From a virus (taxonomy: Duplodnaviria > Caudoviricetes), in the IMG/VR virus record IMGVR_UViG_3300037067_018433: a DNA stretch of 64,000 bases; one strand, written 5' to 3'. Under the pieces are notes generated by a model. That model ran no database searches. It was not told the DNA's origin and saw only the letters and a program-made list of their open reading frames with translations. Below, one piece after another: positions 8,923-20,400 of this stretch (the first letter of the stretch is position 1; each line of letters opens with the position of its first letter). The translations under genes and the position numbers were made by a program.

Positions 8923-11651
8923 CCATCGCGCGCGCCGAGGTCGACTCGGTCGTCTCCGAGCTGTTCCGCCAGCGTCGCCGGCAGTGGACTGGTATGGGCG
9001 GCGGTGGCAACCCGCACGAGACGTGGGCCGACCTACAGAGCATGGTGTCCATGGGCTTCCTGTTGGACGCGGACGCCGTGTTCACGGTGGCCCTGTGGGC
9101 GTCGGCGCAGCTGAACGCGTCCCTGGGTCAGCTGCAGACCATCGTCACGACCATGGACACGGCCGCCGCCCAGCTGTCCGCGGACACGCCCCCGGCACTG
9201 GCCGCCAGCCCGCAGCTCAACCAGGCGTCCTGGGCTCTCAACCAGGCGCTCATCACGCTCGATGGGGCTGCAGCCAGTTCCGCTTCTGGCAAGATCACCG
9301 AGGCCCGCACCAAGCTCGAGGAGTTTGCGACCGCGTCGCTGGCGCCGGTTGTCAGTCCCGGGCTAACGGGCCAGGACCAGCGGACGCCGTCCGAGGCGCG
9401 GGCGGAGCTCCAGACGCAGCTGCCTCTGCTGAGCGCCCAGCTGTCCATGGTCGAGGACGCGGTTGACGTGCTGGACGTCTTGGTGGAGGACCTGGACGTG
9501 GTCCTGCCCCCGGCTTCCGTCACGCGCTTCGTGCGTCAGGTGAAGACCGACGTGGACGCCATCCGCACTCGGTTCCTGGCGCAGGCCGAGACCGAGCGGC
9601 TGACCCAGGCGCGTACCGACCTCATCCGGCTGGCCGCCGACTGTGCGACGCTAGAGCGGTTGACGAGCGTGGTCGAGCCGACCCTGGTCCGGACCAGCGT
9701 GGCGTGCACGGCCTACGGCAGCGGCGACGGGGCGCCGGTCGTGGGCACGATCTCCGCGCCCTACGAGCTGTTGGACGGAGTCACCGACCAGCTGCGCCTC
9801 GGGTTTGACGGGGGTGTCGTCACCCAGTACAGCCTTCCCGATCAACCGAACGTGCTGTACCTGGACTTTCCGATCTCGCTGCCGGTTGGTGGGTGGTATA
9901 CGGTTCCGGGACCGGGTCCGTGGACGTTCAGGCTCTCGGTGGACGGGCGCCAGGGGGCGGCGGTCAGCATCGCCGCAGGTATGTGGACGGTAGCCGCGGT
10001 CCTTGGGGCGGTCGGCGCGGTGTTCGGCGCCATCCCGGAGAACCCGCCGCTGTCCCCCTTCCTGTTGGTCAACTCGTCCTTGGTCATCGGTCCGCCGCCT
10101 CCGATCGTGACCCTCTACTCCACGGTTCGGATGCTCTACAACGTCGGTGTTCCGCTGCCTCCCAACCCGGGCATTGGCGCGTACATAGAGATCACCGGTG
10201 ACGCCGCGTTGATGAACGCCTTCGGGTTCATGGGGCAGGATCTGGACAACCCGCTGGTGAAGACCGAGCGCGTCTACTGGAGGCCGGTCGAGCGCCGGGA
10301 GGTTACGGCGTTCCTTCAGCGCCAGACGTACGCAGGCTCCCAGTTTGGGGAGCGCGTGCGGATGTACCCCACCTCGCGCATCGTGACTTCCGGGAAGCGC
10401 GGGTACATCACGCCGGCAGCGCCGACGACGTTCGGGTGCTTCAACTACAGCGGTACCGGCGTGTGGTACCCGGACATCACGCGCTTGACGCTGTCCGGCG
10501 ACGATCTGGCGCTCGTCCAGGTGGGGGACCGCGTGGTGTTCTCCGGGGTCGTGGCCGTCTACCAGGTGACGCGCATCCGCGAGGATGGTGTGGAGTTAGC
10601 GTGGGTCTCGGGGGCCGTGGCAGCCGCCGGCAGCTACGCCACCACCGTCTCGCCACCCGTGGGCTCCGTCACCGCGGGCATGACCCTGACGTTCGAGGAT
10701 CGTGGTCAACAGGTCTACGCCCGGATCTCCGGTGTTTCGTACGACGCCAACGGCCGCCTTCTCCTGGCGCTTGACCGTCGGCCGTCAACCCTTCCGTACG
10801 GCGCCACCTACTCCTTGTCGTACACAGTGATCAGTGATGTGCTGACCATCCAGTCGGCCAACAACGGAACCACTGGGCGCACGGAGGTCTCGGCGTTCAT
10901 CGGGGCTGATGCCAGCCCGGCACTGGGTCTGGCGTCGGGTACCGACGTGTCCACGGTCGACCAGCTGTACGGGGCCACCGCGGACTTCACGACCGCCGGC
11001 GTGCAGATCGGCGACTACGTGTACCTCGGAGGCGCGCTCCTGGCGGAGGTCCAGGAGTTGGTAAGCAGCAAGGTCGTACGCGTAGATCGACAGCTGTTGG
11101 GGACGGTCTCCGGGACCATGGAGTTCCGTCATCGCCTCTACCAGCTGTACGAGGACCTGCGGCTCACGTTCCCGGTCCTAGACACGGCGCCCACGATCGA
11201 CGATATCCAGCTGCAGGTGAACGAGTGCCTGCGCGCGCCGCAAACGCTGCGGGCTGCCGCCGTTCTGCGCACCGAGCTGGCGGCGTTGACGGTAGTGATC
11301 ACTACACTGCAAGCGGCCATCACCAGCTTCCGCGCCGAGTTCGGCACGCCCAGTGCCGTCATGCGAGATTGCCGTGACGCGCTCGAGGAGTCAGGGGCCG
11401 ACCGTGCGCTGAACCTGCTGTCCACCGGACGGTTGGCCGACCTGTTCTCGGCCAGCACCGACGACTCCTCCTACAGCCGACGGCTCATGCGCTCGATGCG
11501 CAAGGTGAGCCGTACGACGTTGGGTACGTCGGTGTTCGCGCAGTCCATTCGCCAGGAAGCCGACGCCCTGGCGGCCGCCGATTCCCCCGACCTGGGTATC
11601 GACATCCTGGCGCAGGTGGAGACGGGCGGGCCGGGGAGCACGAAGCGATGA
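8919..11651 (+). CDS. Large tail/baseplate-associated protein
   Basis: 910 aa, helical termini around a beta-rich core; directly upstream of baseplate genes. Confidence 0.75.
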   Translation: MTIARAEVDSVVSELFRQRRRQWTGMGGGGNPHETWADLQSMVSMGFLLDADAVFTVALWASAQLNASLGQLQTIVTTMDTAAAQLSADTPPALAASPQLNQASWALNQALITLDGAAASSASGKITEARTKLEEFATASLAPVVSPGLTGQDQRTPSEARAELQTQLPLLSAQLSMVEDAVDVLDVLVEDLDVVLPPASVTRFVRQVKTDVDAIRTRFLAQAETERLTQARTDLIRLAADCATLERLTSVVEPTLVRTSVACTAYGSGDGAPVVGTISAPYELLDGVTDQLRLGFDGGVVTQYSLPDQPNVLYLDFPISLPVGGWYTVPGPGPWTFRLSVDGRQGAAVSIAAGMWTVAAVLGAVGAVFGAIPENPPLSPFLLVNSSLVIGPPPPIVTLYSTVRMLYNVGVPLPPNPGIGAYIEITGDAALMNAFGFMGQDLDNPLVKTERVYWRPVERREVTAFLQRQTYAGSQFGERVRMYPTSRIVTSGKRGYITPAAPTTFGCFNYSGTGVWYPDITRLTLSGDDLALVQVGDRVVFSGVVAVYQVTRIREDGVELAWVSGAVAAAGSYATTVSPPVGSVTAGMTLTFEDRGQQVYARISGVSYDANGRLLLALDRRPSTLPYGATYSLSYTVISDVLTIQSANNGTTGRTEVSAFIGADASPALGLASGTDVSTVDQLYGATADFTTAGVQIGDYVYLGGALLAEVQELVSSKVVRVDRQLLGTVSGTMEFRHRLYQLYEDLRLTFPVLDTAPTIDDIQLQVNECLRAPQTLRAAAVLRTELAALTVVITTLQAAITSFRAEFGTPSAVMRDCRDALEESGADRALNLLSTGRLADLFSASTDDSSYSRRLMRSMRKVSRTTLGTSVFAQSIRQEADALAAADSPDLGIDILAQVETGGPGSTKR

Positions 11652-11980
11652 GCGACCAGTCCAACCGCACGCAGGAAATCAAGATCCGCCTTCGGGCCGA
11701 GGTGTCCGAGGGCTACGCCATGGTGAAGAGCGCGGCGCTGTCCGAGGCGCTGGCGCAGGCCACCCCCGAGCAGCTGATGGTCGAGCAGCTGGATGCGCTG
11801 GCCGGCACCTCGTCCAATCCACGAAGCCCGTCGTATTTGGAGCGTGTGCGGTCGACGCGCGCCAAGCTGCGCTCGGCCATCGAACAGATCCGCGGCATGT
11901 CGCCCGAGGAGCTGGCGTCCTCCAGTGCCGCGGACACCGAGGACACGGCGCTCACGGAGGAAGCTGATGGCGGTTCGTAG
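11648..11980 (+). CDS. Hypothetical protein
   Basis: ATGA coupling; acidic tail; contains MVKSAA. Confidence 0.65.
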   Translation: MSDQSNRTQEIKIRLRAEVSEGYAMVKSAALSEALAQATPEQLMVEQLDALAGTSSNPRSPSYLERVRSTRAKLRSAIEQIRGMSPEELASSSAADTEDTALTEEADGGS

Positions 11981-12635
11981 ACGGAAGCTGACGCTGCGCG
12001 TCGTGCATCTTCGCCGGCTGCTGGACTTGTCCAGCGTCCGCGAAGTTCCGGGCATCAGCCCGCGGACCATCGAAGTGACGGGTACGCGCATGGACTTGAC
12101 CACCAGGGTCGAGGTCAACGAGACGGTCGTCTCCGACTTCGCGGCCACCGACAGCACCCACTTGATCATTACGCTGCCTACGTCCATGAAGTCGCGCATC
12201 CAGTCCATCGCCGTACTCTCGGAGTCCGTCGACCCCGGTGGCAGCAGCCGCGCGTACTACGACCTTGGGCTGCGCCCGATCTTGACCGACGGCAAGTACC
12301 GCGTGCTCCAGCGCTTCATCAAGCTGCTGCTCACGACGCCGGGCACCGACATCTGGAGCAAGTCGTCGGGCGCCGGCCTCCGTGCACTGCAGGTCACCAA
12401 CATCGACGAGAAGAATGCGTCGGGCGTGTCCGGTGAGGTATCCTCGAAGGTGATGCAGGCAAGGGACCAGCTTCTGTTGGCGCAGGCGCAGGACAACAGC
12501 GTGCCGATGGCCGAGCGCCTGTTGGACGCCAGCGTCAACGGCGTCGAGTTCTCTCTGGCGACCGTCTCGTTGAAGGTGCGCATCACGCTCACGTTCCAGG
12601 ACGGGGCGTTCCTGGCTGCGGATGTAGGGTGGTAG
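11967..12635 (+). CDS. Baseplate wedge gp25-like protein
   Basis: SD GGAGG; LQRFIKLLLTTPGTD...ERLL...V gp25-like pattern; precedes the J-like gene. Confidence 0.55.
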   Translation: MAVRRRKLTLRVVHLRRLLDLSSVREVPGISPRTIEVTGTRMDLTTRVEVNETVVSDFAATDSTHLIITLPTSMKSRIQSIAVLSESVDPGGSSRAYYDLGLRPILTDGKYRVLQRFIKLLLTTPGTDIWSKSSGAGLRALQVTNIDEKNASGVSGEVSSKVMQARDQLLLAQAQDNSVPMAERLLDASVNGVEFSLATVSLKVRITLTFQDGAFLAADVGW

Positions 12636-12636
12636 G

Positions 12637-15600
12637 ATGACCAGCAAGGAACTGACCTCACTGATCCTGCGCTGCGTTCGCGGCGCGTTCCCGGACGCCA
12701 ACCTGACGCAGGGGTCTACTGTCTGGACCAAGCTCATCAACCCAATACTCTCGGCCGTCGGTCCCAGCCCGCTCGAGCTGCAGACCAGGGAGTACGAGCG
12801 GGCGATCGTCCGCACGATGCACCCGTCCGTGGACATCGAGAAGGATGGGGAGGTGGACGACCTCCTGCTCAAGCCCTCGGAATCGTTGCTGGCTCCTTTC
12901 GGCAAGGAGATCACGACGATCAAGCAGCGCCAGACCATCCGCGACCTCAGCGTGCACACGCTCGAGTCCATCTCGGATCTGGCGGCGAACTCCGGCATCA
13001 TTCCGGCCGAGGGCGGTTACGCTCAGGGCCCGGTCCGCCTGTACTTCAACGCGCCGACCGGCGAGCGCGTGACGCCCGAGACGTACATGGAGACCCCTGA
13101 CGGCCTGCGGTTCTACGCGACGGGCATCCAATCGATCACCGCCAGCCAGATGACGCTCAACCACACCGGCGACCTCTACTACTGGGACATCCGGGTGATC
13201 GCCGAGAAGCCGGGGGTGACGTACAACGTGGAGGCAGGGCAGGTCAGCCGTGCCCCGACGCTGCCGCGCGTCATCCGGGTGTCCAACCTCTCGCGATTCG
13301 GTGGTGGTCTGCAACGCGACTCGGTGGAAGACGTCGCGGCGAAGATCGAGAACTTCCCCTGCACCCAGTCCATCGGCACGCGCCGCGGGACGTCGGCCAC
13401 GGTGCTGGCCAACCTGGCTGGCGTTCGGGTGCTCGAGACGGTGGGCATGGGCGATCCGCTCATGCAGCGGGACATCATCGTCGGCGGCGAGATGAAGGCT
13501 GAGGCCTTGGCCTACCCGGCGGGCGGCGCGTTCGCGTCGGTGGCCGGCGCGTTCGGCGAAGGCACGCCGGATGAGGATGCCCACATCTACACGCGGTGGT
13601 TCACCGATGCCACGACCCCCGCCGACTTCACGGCGGCCTTCGGGCTCAGCAGCGGGCCGGTCGACGGCTACTACCTCATCGCCTGCTGGTACGACGCCGG
13701 CCTCAAGACGACCCACTGGCTCTACGAGAAGATCATCCGCGTCATCTCCCAGCGGTGTGTGGAGATCGAGAACCAGGTCATTCCAACGGACCTGGACAAC
13801 ATCTACTGGTCGGTGGTGCCCGCACAGCTGACGCTGTCCGAGATCCCGGGCGGCATCCTGTGGCCGGACACGCCGGACGGCGAGGTGGTCATCCGCAGTG
13901 ACGTGGTGCACGTCGGCGGCCAGACCGACGTCTTCCTGATGGGGACGACGACGGAGGACGCGACCACCGACCTGGCGTCGTTGACCGACGAGGACCTGTT
14001 GGGCTACGGGGTCATGGCGCAGCCGCTCAACACCGTCTACTACGTCATGGTCGACGACATGGACGAGATCACCACGTTGGGTCCGGTGGACGCGCGGTTG
14101 GCGGGCGCTGGGCTGTACGACGTGAACCTGGAATGGGCCACGGTCGACCTGACGGGTATCAGCGCGGGGAACGTGTTCCGGTCTCCGGCAGACATGGAGC
14201 AGTACCGGGTCCTGGCGTTGAGGAAGTCGGGCGTCGGCGGCGCGTTCGGCGCCGGGAAGCTGGTCCTCCTGCTCGATGGGGACACAGGGGGGGACGTCAA
14301 TCCGGCGTACTTGATCAAGCGACGGCCGATGGTCGACCTGCGCAACGCGTGCTTCCGCCTCAACAGCGCCGTCGGTACCTCGGGGTACTACCGGGTGATC
14401 TACGACTACGAGGGTGCTGGTGGAGACCCGGCTCACCCGGTCATCGGCTACGCGGGCTGTCGGTACAGCGTGTACCTCTCGACGCCCATGACGGCTACGC
14501 TGGCGGATGAGCCGTGGACGTTCAGCGACGACACGGACATCAACCTGTCGGACCCGAAGCAGCTGCGGGTCGACGGCACGACGCTGACCACGTTCGCGGG
14601 CAGCGACACGGTGTTCGACCCCGGCCCTCCCGGGACCCCGATGAACTTCAACCTCTACGGTGTGGTGGCCGGCGACATCCTGCGGATCGATGCGGGAGTC
14701 GACGCCGGGGACTACGTGCTGCGAGAGGACCCGTTCGGGGCCGGGGGCTCGTTCCTCCGTCTCTCCACGATCCTGCACGCCAACCTGAACGTCCGCTACC
14801 GCATCTTCCGGCCGCTCACGCCGGTAGAGCTGCCGCTGTTGGCCGCCAGCAAGCTGTCGCTGTTGGACGCCGGCGGCACGCTGCTCGGTGTCGACGTTCC
14901 GTACGGCGAGGCGCTCGGTGCGTACAGCGAGGTGTTCACGAACCTGGGGCGCGGGGAGCGGTACAAGACCGGCAGCGCGATCGTTGGGATCTGCACCGAG
15001 GGCGGCATTCCGCTGGCCACAGGCGCGCAGCTCCACAACCCAAGCACAGCGCCGATGTGCTTGTGGGTGTGGCACGAACGCCTGGGGTACCAGAGCTGGC
15101 GAAACTGGAACCCGGCGGACGGCTACCTCACCGATGGCAACGGCGGGTACTACGTCCCCGAGGCCTACGTCTACAACATCAACGTCAACTACGATCTGCA
15201 GGCGGATGCGCCTGTTGGGTGGACCGACTTCCTCATCTACCTCAACGGCTTGTCGCCCTACCCGTTCTGGTCGTACGTCGACGAGGTGATCAGCGGTGTG
15301 ACGTACCGGCACCTCGTCTGCCGACCGTTCGGCTCGTACCTTCAGCTGCTGGGGTTCTCTGGCGGGCTGGGGAAGCTCACGTTCCCCACAGCGTTCACGT
15401 CCGCTGACGTCGATCTGAACCTGGATATCGGGGCTTACACGAAGACGGTGGAGAGCCGCGACGTGCTGTTCGCCAATGTCGACCTGTCGGGCTTGACGTC
15501 GGTCGTCTCCCTGTCGACCCACAAGGACCTCGTGGACATCACGTCCGGCCCCAACGTCGGCGTGAAGGACATGGTGTTGAGCACGAAGGTCGTGAACTCG

Positions 15601-17148
15601 ACCCGTGTTCGCCTCGTTGGGTACTACGCACTCGTTCCGGGGATCACCACTAGCGCACGGATCGGGTTGGCATCCACGGGCGTCGCGCGCGTGTACTTCA
15701 AGGACGCCACGGACTTCGAGTGCGACTTCGCCTCGTCCTTCGTCCCGGAGTCGTCCACCGACCTCGTCTTCCGCCCCGATCCATCCAACCGTCGTATTGG
15801 TTTGGGGTATGTCGCAGCGCAGCCGGCTCACTCCGTCCTCATTCCTGGGTACCCGACGACGGAGAACCCGGACAACGGGTACGTCACGGCGGGCAGCGCG
15901 TGGTACGCCGAGCTCCACGGAAAGATCACCGGAACCGAGTCGGATTTCTGGGCGCTCGGCGTTCGACCGGGGGACTTGGTGGAGTGCAGCTTCCGCGACA
16001 TCATCACGACACGCGTGGCGTGGCCTGTAGGCCCGCTGGGCGCCAACGAGGTCCTGACGATCACGTCGACCGACGGTACGGTGACAACCGCGACGTTCAC
16101 CGCGGGCAGCACGTACACCGGAGCACAGGCCGCCTCCCTCATCAACGTGGCGTTCGGAGACACCGTCGCGTACTACAACGACATGCTGGACACCAAGATC
16201 CACCTGCGCTGGCAGGAGGAGATCACCATTGGTGGGAGCGCGTTGGGCGGCGGCGGTGTGCTGGGTGCCGGTGTCCCGCCGACGAACAACTGGTCGTACT
16301 CCCGCGGCACGTACAAGATCGCGGGCATCGGTCTGGACGGCGGGACCAACGTGAACAGCCGGTTGTACGTCGAGGCGGCGGGAAGCGGGAGCGCACCAAG
16401 CGCCTCCGACATCGCCACCTGCCGCATGCAGTACCGCGTCATCCGCCCGACGCAGCAGCGGTGGAGCTCCATGGAGATGGAGGCGAATGTCGGGGTGGGC
16501 GGGTTGTACTACGTCGACGTCGAGCTGATCGGTCACGGAGTCGGCGACTCATACAACCTGGGTGAGGACGAGAAGATGACGGTGTCCGGTACGCGGACCC
16601 GCGGCTACCGGTTGTCCAGCACCAATCCCGAGACCGCATTCTCCACGGCCGAGGAAGTGTGGGCGCACATCGACAACTACTTCCAGCCGACGTCGGTGGC
16701 CGAGGACTCGCCGCCGTCCGATCAGACGGTGTTCGGCAGCGGCTTCCGGCTGTACTACGAGCGGTCCCCACTGGTGTCGAGCGCCCAGGCGCTGCTCAAC
16801 AGCCGCGAGGAGCGGGACAACAACCAATCCGTGTTGGCCCGCCACCTCTTCCCGTACTACGTGAACTGCGCCGTGGCCTACGCCGGCGGCGCGCTCGAGT
16901 CCGTGGTGCTACCGGAGATCGAGAACCTCATCACGGGTCGCGACCCCAACGAGCCGCTGGACGTGTCGGACATCATCGGGGTCGTCACCGGCTTGGGCGC
17001 GGACCACGTGGACACGCCCATTGGGCTGGCCGTGTTGCGGCATCAGAAGGATCGATCGCTGGACGTGTTGGTGGGCATGGACCGGGTGGAGACCCCGCGG
17101 CTGGCGGGGTTCCTGCCCGGGAACATCACGGTGACGCGTCGCGCCTAG
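12637..17148 (+). CDS. Baseplate J-like wedge protein with a large central insertion
   Basis: N-terminal AQGPVRLYF...IAEKPGVTYNV...VSNLSRFGGG and C-terminal LDVSDII J-like patterns. Confidence 0.7.
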   Translation: MTSKELTSLILRCVRGAFPDANLTQGSTVWTKLINPILSAVGPSPLELQTREYERAIVRTMHPSVDIEKDGEVDDLLLKPSESLLAPFGKEITTIKQRQTIRDLSVHTLESISDLAANSGIIPAEGGYAQGPVRLYFNAPTGERVTPETYMETPDGLRFYATGIQSITASQMTLNHTGDLYYWDIRVIAEKPGVTYNVEAGQVSRAPTLPRVIRVSNLSRFGGGLQRDSVEDVAAKIENFPCTQSIGTRRGTSATVLANLAGVRVLETVGMGDPLMQRDIIVGGEMKAEALAYPAGGAFASVAGAFGEGTPDEDAHIYTRWFTDATTPADFTAAFGLSSGPVDGYYLIACWYDAGLKTTHWLYEKIIRVISQRCVEIENQVIPTDLDNIYWSVVPAQLTLSEIPGGILWPDTPDGEVVIRSDVVHVGGQTDVFLMGTTTEDATTDLASLTDEDLLGYGVMAQPLNTVYYVMVDDMDEITTLGPVDARLAGAGLYDVNLEWATVDLTGISAGNVFRSPADMEQYRVLALRKSGVGGAFGAGKLVLLLDGDTGGDVNPAYLIKRRPMVDLRNACFRLNSAVGTSGYYRVIYDYEGAGGDPAHPVIGYAGCRYSVYLSTPMTATLADEPWTFSDDTDINLSDPKQLRVDGTTLTTFAGSDTVFDPGPPGTPMNFNLYGVVAGDILRIDAGVDAGDYVLREDPFGAGGSFLRLSTILHANLNVRYRIFRPLTPVELPLLAASKLSLLDAGGTLLGVDVPYGEALGAYSEVFTNLGRGERYKTGSAIVGICTEGGIPLATGAQLHNPSTAPMCLWVWHERLGYQSWRNWNPADGYLTDGNGGYYVPEAYVYNINVNYDLQADAPVGWTDFLIYLNGLSPYPFWSYVDEVISGVTYRHLVCRPFGSYLQLLGFSGGLGKLTFPTAFTSADVDLNLDIGAYTKTVESRDVLFANVDLSGLTSVVSLSTHKDLVDITSGPNVGVKDMVLSTKVVNSTRVRLVGYYALVPGITTSARIGLASTGVARVYFKDATDFECDFASSFVPESSTDLVFRPDPSNRRIGLGYVAAQPAHSVLIPGYPTTENPDNGYVTAGSAWYAELHGKITGTESDFWALGVRPGDLVECSFRDIITTRVAWPVGPLGANEVLTITSTDGTVTTATFTAGSTYTGAQAASLINVAFGDTVAYYNDMLDTKIHLRWQEEITIGGSALGGGGVLGAGVPPTNNWSYSRGTYKIAGIGLDGGTNVNSRLYVEAAGSGSAPSASDIATCRMQYRVIRPTQQRWSSMEMEANVGVGGLYYVDVELIGHGVGDSYNLGEDEKMTVSGTRTRGYRLSSTNPETAFSTAEEVWAHIDNYFQPTSVAEDSPPSDQTVFGSGFRLYYERSPLVSSAQALLNSREERDNNQSVLARHLFPYYVNCAVAYAGGALESVVLPEIENLITGRDPNEPLDVSDIIGVVTGLGADHVDTPIGLAVLRHQKDRSLDVLVGMDRVETPRLAGFLPGNITVTRRA

Positions 17149-17453
17149 TCCTCCCCGAGGATGGGGATGGCCGGCTCGAGAAGGTTGGTGATCTTGCCGC
17201 GCTCGAATATCAGTCCGGTGTCGACGTTGAACAGGCAGCCGCACGCCACGCACCGAGCCTTGCCGCAGGGCACCACTTCGTCGGCCCGCACCCGGCGCAT
17301 GTCGTCGACCGTCACCTCGGGCTGCACGTTCCCGCCGCACGCTGGGCACCTGCTGTGCGCGAACAGCCGGCGGCGGGCTTCAACCGCCGGCGTGATGACG
17401 TCGGGGATTCCCTCGATCATCTTCAGCAGGTCCGCGTCCTTCATCCACTGCAT
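17145..17453 (-). CDS. Small Zn-ribbon protein antisense to the tail operon
   Basis: CPAC...CVAC; fills the gap between two plus-strand genes. Confidence 0.7.
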   Translation of the reverse strand: MQWMKDADLLKMIEGIPDVITPAVEARRRLFAHSRCPACGGNVQPEVTVDDMRRVRADEVVPCGKARCVACGCLFNVDTGLIFERGKITNLLEPAIPILGED

Positions 17454-17458
17454 GCTGC

Positions 17459-17487
17459 AGTGTCCCACGGCCGGGCGGTGTAGTCAA
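17459..17487 (-). promoter_or_regulatory. Sigma70-like promoter giving a leaderless mRNA
   Basis: TTGACT-N17-GACACT (with extended TG)-N5-ATG(17453). Confidence 0.5.
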
Positions 17488-20400
17488 TGATCCCCAAGAC
17501 ACCCGAGTGGCCGACCCTGGCGTTCACCCCCGGGCTCAACATCGGGGCCACGGGGTTTGGGTGGGTCGTTGCCGGTACCGAGGGCCTCGAGTGGGCGGCC
17601 AACCCAGCCGGTGCGTTCGGCGTCGACTACGGTCCGTCCCTCGGTCCCGGGGGACCTGACACGGAGATCTTCTGCCTGACGGCAGCCGCGTTCCCGGGCA
17701 ACGTCCGGATGCTGTCCGTGCCCAACGCCGCGCTCGAGCCGCTGGTCGACGGATGGGTGGCGGAGGTCGTGGTCGAGGGCCCGGTTCCCGCGGTCGAAGC
17801 ACCGTCGGTCACCATTGGGTGCGCGGGTACGACGGGCGCGTTTGCCATCGGGGGGATGGGCAAGGTGGAGTTTGCTCCCGGCCCCAACATCTGGCAGGTC
17901 TCCATCTGGGAGTTCGGTACCGGGTGGGTTCTCCTGAACATCCTGACCCTCGCCTACCCGTTCTCCGTCAAGATCGTGCGGAACGCCGGGGAGACGGCGT
18001 ACAGGCTGTACGTCGACGGCGTGTACCAGGGCGAGCGGGAAGAGGGAAACCTGGCGGCCAACCTCGACTGGCTGTTCATGGGAAACCCACGCGTCGGCGT
18101 GATGTGCGAGTCAACCAACGTCGGCGCCCTGTTCCACATCACGTCGTGGCTGGTGGGGCCCGCCGGCATCCGGCCCGTCGCCAACGCTGGTCCCGACAAG
18201 GTCCTGCCCCTCAACAGGATCCTCGGGTTTGATGGTGGAGCCAGCTACGACCCAGACGACGGGGACCTGACGTACGCCTGGAAGCTGGTCCGCGCACCGT
18301 CGGGCAGCGTGCACGTGTACGAAGGAACAGGTGCCATCGGCGGCAGTTCCATCACCTTCGTGTCTGCGGGCATCACCACCGAAGTGGCAGTTGGCGACAT
18401 CCTGCTCATCGAAGGTGAGGAGTACGAGATCACTGGGACGCTCCCGCCCAACACCGTGTACGTGGACCGGGCACTGCCGGCCGGGTACGCCGGGCCGTTC
18501 GTGGTCGCGCTCCAATCGCTGGTCGTCGGGCCCACGACGCGGTTCTTCGCGTTTGCCCCCGACTTGGTCGGGTTGTACGTGGCGCGGTTGGTGGTCGTGG
18601 ACGACGCGGGGCTCTACAGCTCCGCCGACCTGGCTGTGGCCAACGTCGTGGGGTCCACGGTGCCCATGCGCGTGCCTCTGGACATGGGTTTCCTGTGGAG
18701 CTACCTGGCTGACTTCTGGCGCACGGTAGAGAACCGGGAGTGGGCGACGGACGTGTGGGTCGCTCTGGCGCGCATCGTAGGCAGTCAGCTCCAGGATCTG
18801 TGGAACATCGACTTCGACAAGAGCCTGCAAACGACGCAGAACGTCGTGATGCGCCGGTGGCTGGAATACCCGCCGCGCTTGGATTTCAACAAGGCGGACG
18901 CCCCCGTATTCGTCAGCCGCCTTCGCTCGATGCTCGGCGACACGCGCTACACGCAGGCCATGATCGACGGGTTGATCCTGCCCTTCGACTTCACCTTCAC
19001 CCTGACGTTCTACCTGTCGACTGGTGCCGTCGTGGTTCCGATCACTGCGCCGATGAACACCGTGGTCAAGGACGTACCGGCGGTGCTCAACGCGGGGTTC
19101 GCGGCGGCCGGCTACCCCAACGTGCACTTCCAGTTCCGGGAGATCGAGGAAGAGCTCCCCACCGTGCCGATGGTTGCGCAGTTCAAGATGACGTGCGTGT
19201 CTCCGGACTGCTACACCGAGATCGGGGTGGTCCCCGCGTTCTTCACGGCCACCTCCAACGTGTTCCGCGGGACGTACGGATTGGTGGTCGGCGACCGCAC
19301 CGTCCGCCTCAGCCCCGGGCCGACGTTCCCCGCTCCCGACGGAGACCTGGATCTCGATGGTATCGTCAAGGTGGGGGACATCCTCAACCTCGGCGGGCGC
19401 TCGTTCAACATCGTGGCCGTCTCGAACTACCGGACGGTGGACCCGACCACCGGGCTCCCGGCGTGGCCGTACTACAAGTACCTCGAGGTCGAGGTGGACG
19501 GGGATCTTCCGGCGGGCATCTACTACTGGGCCATCCCGTCCTACTGGAAGACGGTGGTGACCGACTGGAAGGCCGAAGGGCTCACGCCGGGCGACCGCGT
19601 GTACTTCGACCGGCGCCCGGTCACCGACCCGAGCGGTCCGTCTACGCTGGTGGCCGTCGACTGCTACGGGGCGGGCGCAGACAAGTTGTGCACGACGGCC
19701 GCCGCCATGTTCTACGCGGACTACGTCTACACGCCGTCCTACGCCCACCGCTACTTCTACCTGCCGACGGATGCTTCCGTGCTGAGCGTTCCGACGCTCC
19801 AGGAGGCTCCGGAGAGCCCGACGTGGATCATGCAGGAGTTCCTGCACTACATCGTCGACGAGCGGCGCGACGGACGGTACGTCGTGCTCAACCACCGCGA
19901 GGAGCCCGTCAACGAGATGCTGACGGGCTGGGTGAGGGATCGTACGGGTCCGGTGGATTCCGCCGAGTTCCTTCCCGAACAGCTGTGGGCAGAGATCACG
20001 CACGTCGACAACCGCGACACCATCGAGGCCAACTTCGGGCGTAGGGTTGCTGCGTGGGTCGCGGACTACGCGGCGGCCGACAGCAACTACCTGTCCATCG
20101 TGACCGGGTTGTGGTTGGTCTACAGCCAGGGGCCGACGCCGCTGAACATCGAGCGCGCGGTGGGCATCATCAGCAGTGTGCCGTACGCCGAAGCCGCCGG
20201 CACCATCCTGGACCTGGTGCAGGACTTCCTGCCGGGCCGCACCTTCATGTTGATCCGGGATACCGACCAGTCGTCCGTCGTCCGCAGCTACGTGTTCCCT
20301 ACCGGCAGCGGGCCGTCCATCAACCCGGCGACCGGCGTGGCGTACACCATCGGCGATAGCGTCCCGCGGTTCGCGCTGTTGGTGAGCACCCAGTTGTACT

